A stretch of DNA of 63,206 bases, the filler included, from Octopus bimaculoides (Eukaryota): NCBI RefSeq assembly GCF_001194135.2. It is 6 parts of 5 records of this genome, joined end to end, with 100 filler letters (N's around TTAATTAATTAA, not from the genome) between each part and the next. Parts side by side here need not be neighbours in the genome. Positions count along the whole stretch, not along the records: positions 60,985 to 63,206 come from NC_068982.1; 5 more parts are not named here. One strand, written 5' to 3'. The notes under the pieces were generated by a model, which made no database searches, was not told where the DNA came from, and worked only from the letters and a program-made list of their open reading frames with translations. The translations under genes were made by a program, and so were the position numbers. Below are positions 61,814 through 63,206 of this stretch, piece by piece (position 1 is the stretch's first letter; each line of letters opens with the position of its first letter).

Positions 61814-62553
61814 TTCCTCTCTTGTTTCTTTTCAGTATTACTTGTTGACCACCAATAAAGTTAATGAACTTTGTACATTGAAACAAATTCATATACAGTT
61901 TTAATATCATTGACTGCTATGAACATTCAACCTTGCACTTGTCCTCCTAATTCATAATGCTAAATTTATTTGTTTTGAACATGTTAACTTGTCAACATTG
62001 AAACATTTTAATTCCTCAAAATTGAAACATTTTAATTTGTCAACATTGAAACTTTTAAAAATGCTTTCCTAATCCATACTTTTAAACTTTTACCATCTTT
62101 TTATAAAGATGTTTTTCTAATTCATAACTTTAAACTTTTACCATTGATAAGCAAAAAAAAACAACAACAAAAACTGTTGAAACTCGTTTGGTATATATGT
62201 AAATAAACGTATTTTAAACATTTCCGAGTTTTTGAAATTTAGGTGCATTTTCAACAATACATTTTCCTATACTTTTTCCAGCGTCGAAACACCCCTTCTT
62301 TTGTTATATATATATATATANNNNNNNNNNNNNNNNNNNNNNNNNNNNNNNNNNNNNNNNNNNNNNNNNNNNNNNNNNNNNNNNNNNNNNNNNNNNNNNN
62401 NNNNNNNNNNNNNNNNNNNNNNNNNNNNNNNNNNNNNNNNNNNNNNNNNNNNNNNNNNNNNNNNNNNNNNNNNNNNNNNNNNNNNNNNNNNNNNNNNNNN
62501 NNNNNNNNNNNNNNNNNNNNNNNNNNNNNNNNNNNNNNNNNNNNNNNNATATA

Positions 62554-62618
<65 letters not shown>

Positions 62619-62635
62619 GTATATATATATGTATA

Positions 62636-62679
<44 letters not shown>

Positions 62680-62684
62680 TAGGT

Positions 62685-63198
62685 TGCGGTGAAATTGTCT
62701 GATAGCCATGATTGGGTTCTCCTACTTGTATGGCATGGTGCAGAATCCTGTTGCCAGACATAGAGTCTTCCAGCAGACACCTTCTTCACCAAGGGCAGCA
62801 CTACCTCTTCGAGGCACTTGACGTAGGCCTCTGTGTTGAGTCTGAGGTTGTATGAGAAGATGAACGAAGGCATAACACCGCTATCACTAGTAATCCCTCT
62901 AAACAGAATGATGTTGACTGGATGTTTGATTTTTATCTCTCTCGGTACATGCAGCGTCCGCTGATTGACACCCAAACGCTCTGAAATGTTTGTTTTGGAG
63001 CTTCCTGGTGCGAATGCCAAGCAGTACATATCGTTTTCAAATTTCTGCCAGAGTGAATTGCGTCATGGTGCTGTTTTTCTCACAGACGGTGCCCAACTGA
63101 CCCTACTATACTGTGTATTCGACAAAATCAAAAGCAAACAATGCCCACGCGTGAAACTAAAAAATATGAAGTGGCGAAAATTTACCCATCGCACTCTG
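62685..63198 (-). mobile_element. Tc1/mariner DD37D (maT-like) fragment with left TIR
   Basis: [53 protein letters not shown] ta|cagagtgcgatgggtaaattttcgcc at 63198. Internally deleted and 3' truncated. Confidence 0.85.
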
Positions 63199-63206
63199 TA
63201 TATATA

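Noticed and set aside
61960-62150. Short imperfect direct repeats (ttgtcaacattgaaac; ctaattcataac...ttttaccat) resembling a CRISPR or minisatellite array
   Set aside because: Irregular AT-rich degenerate duplications with no constant repeat-spacer period, in a eukaryotic context.

Overview
Eukaryotic, AT-rich, microsatellite-saturated genomic DNA. About 12% is N gaps, and five gaps carry a synthetic TTAATTAATTAA spacer. The repeat landscape resembles an Octopus (coleoid cephalopod) draft scaffold; this is inferred from recalled SINE and LINE families, not from a database search. I found no confidently identifiable host protein-coding gene, rRNA, true tRNA gene or CRISPR array, and the long ORFs in the track are gap or microsatellite artefacts. 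The window is a mosaic of mobile DNA. (1) At 17.5-20.8 kb, a head-to-tail array of R4/Dong-clade restriction-endonuclease LINE fragments (RT, CCHC, PD-D endonuclease) sits in (AAT)n tracts, interleaved with a ~530-bp non-coding element. That element recurs at 30.3-31.4 kb, has a fixed 5' end and no recognisable tRNA/5S/7SL head. (2) At least eight hammerhead-ribozyme-like motifs from several Penelope-like families are present, including a U3-A8 core variant and one intact core, plus a GIY-YIG C-terminal remnant. (3) Several Tc1/mariner families occur: DD34D, DD37D, a DD41D-like element with 46-residue spacing, MITEs, and an element built from two 3' ends. (4) There are four tRNA-type SINE families, with nested, chimeric and module-swapped copies. 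(5) Several unexplained fold-back palindromes lie at 12.5, 25.2 and 61.5 kb. All alignments and counts were done by eye.
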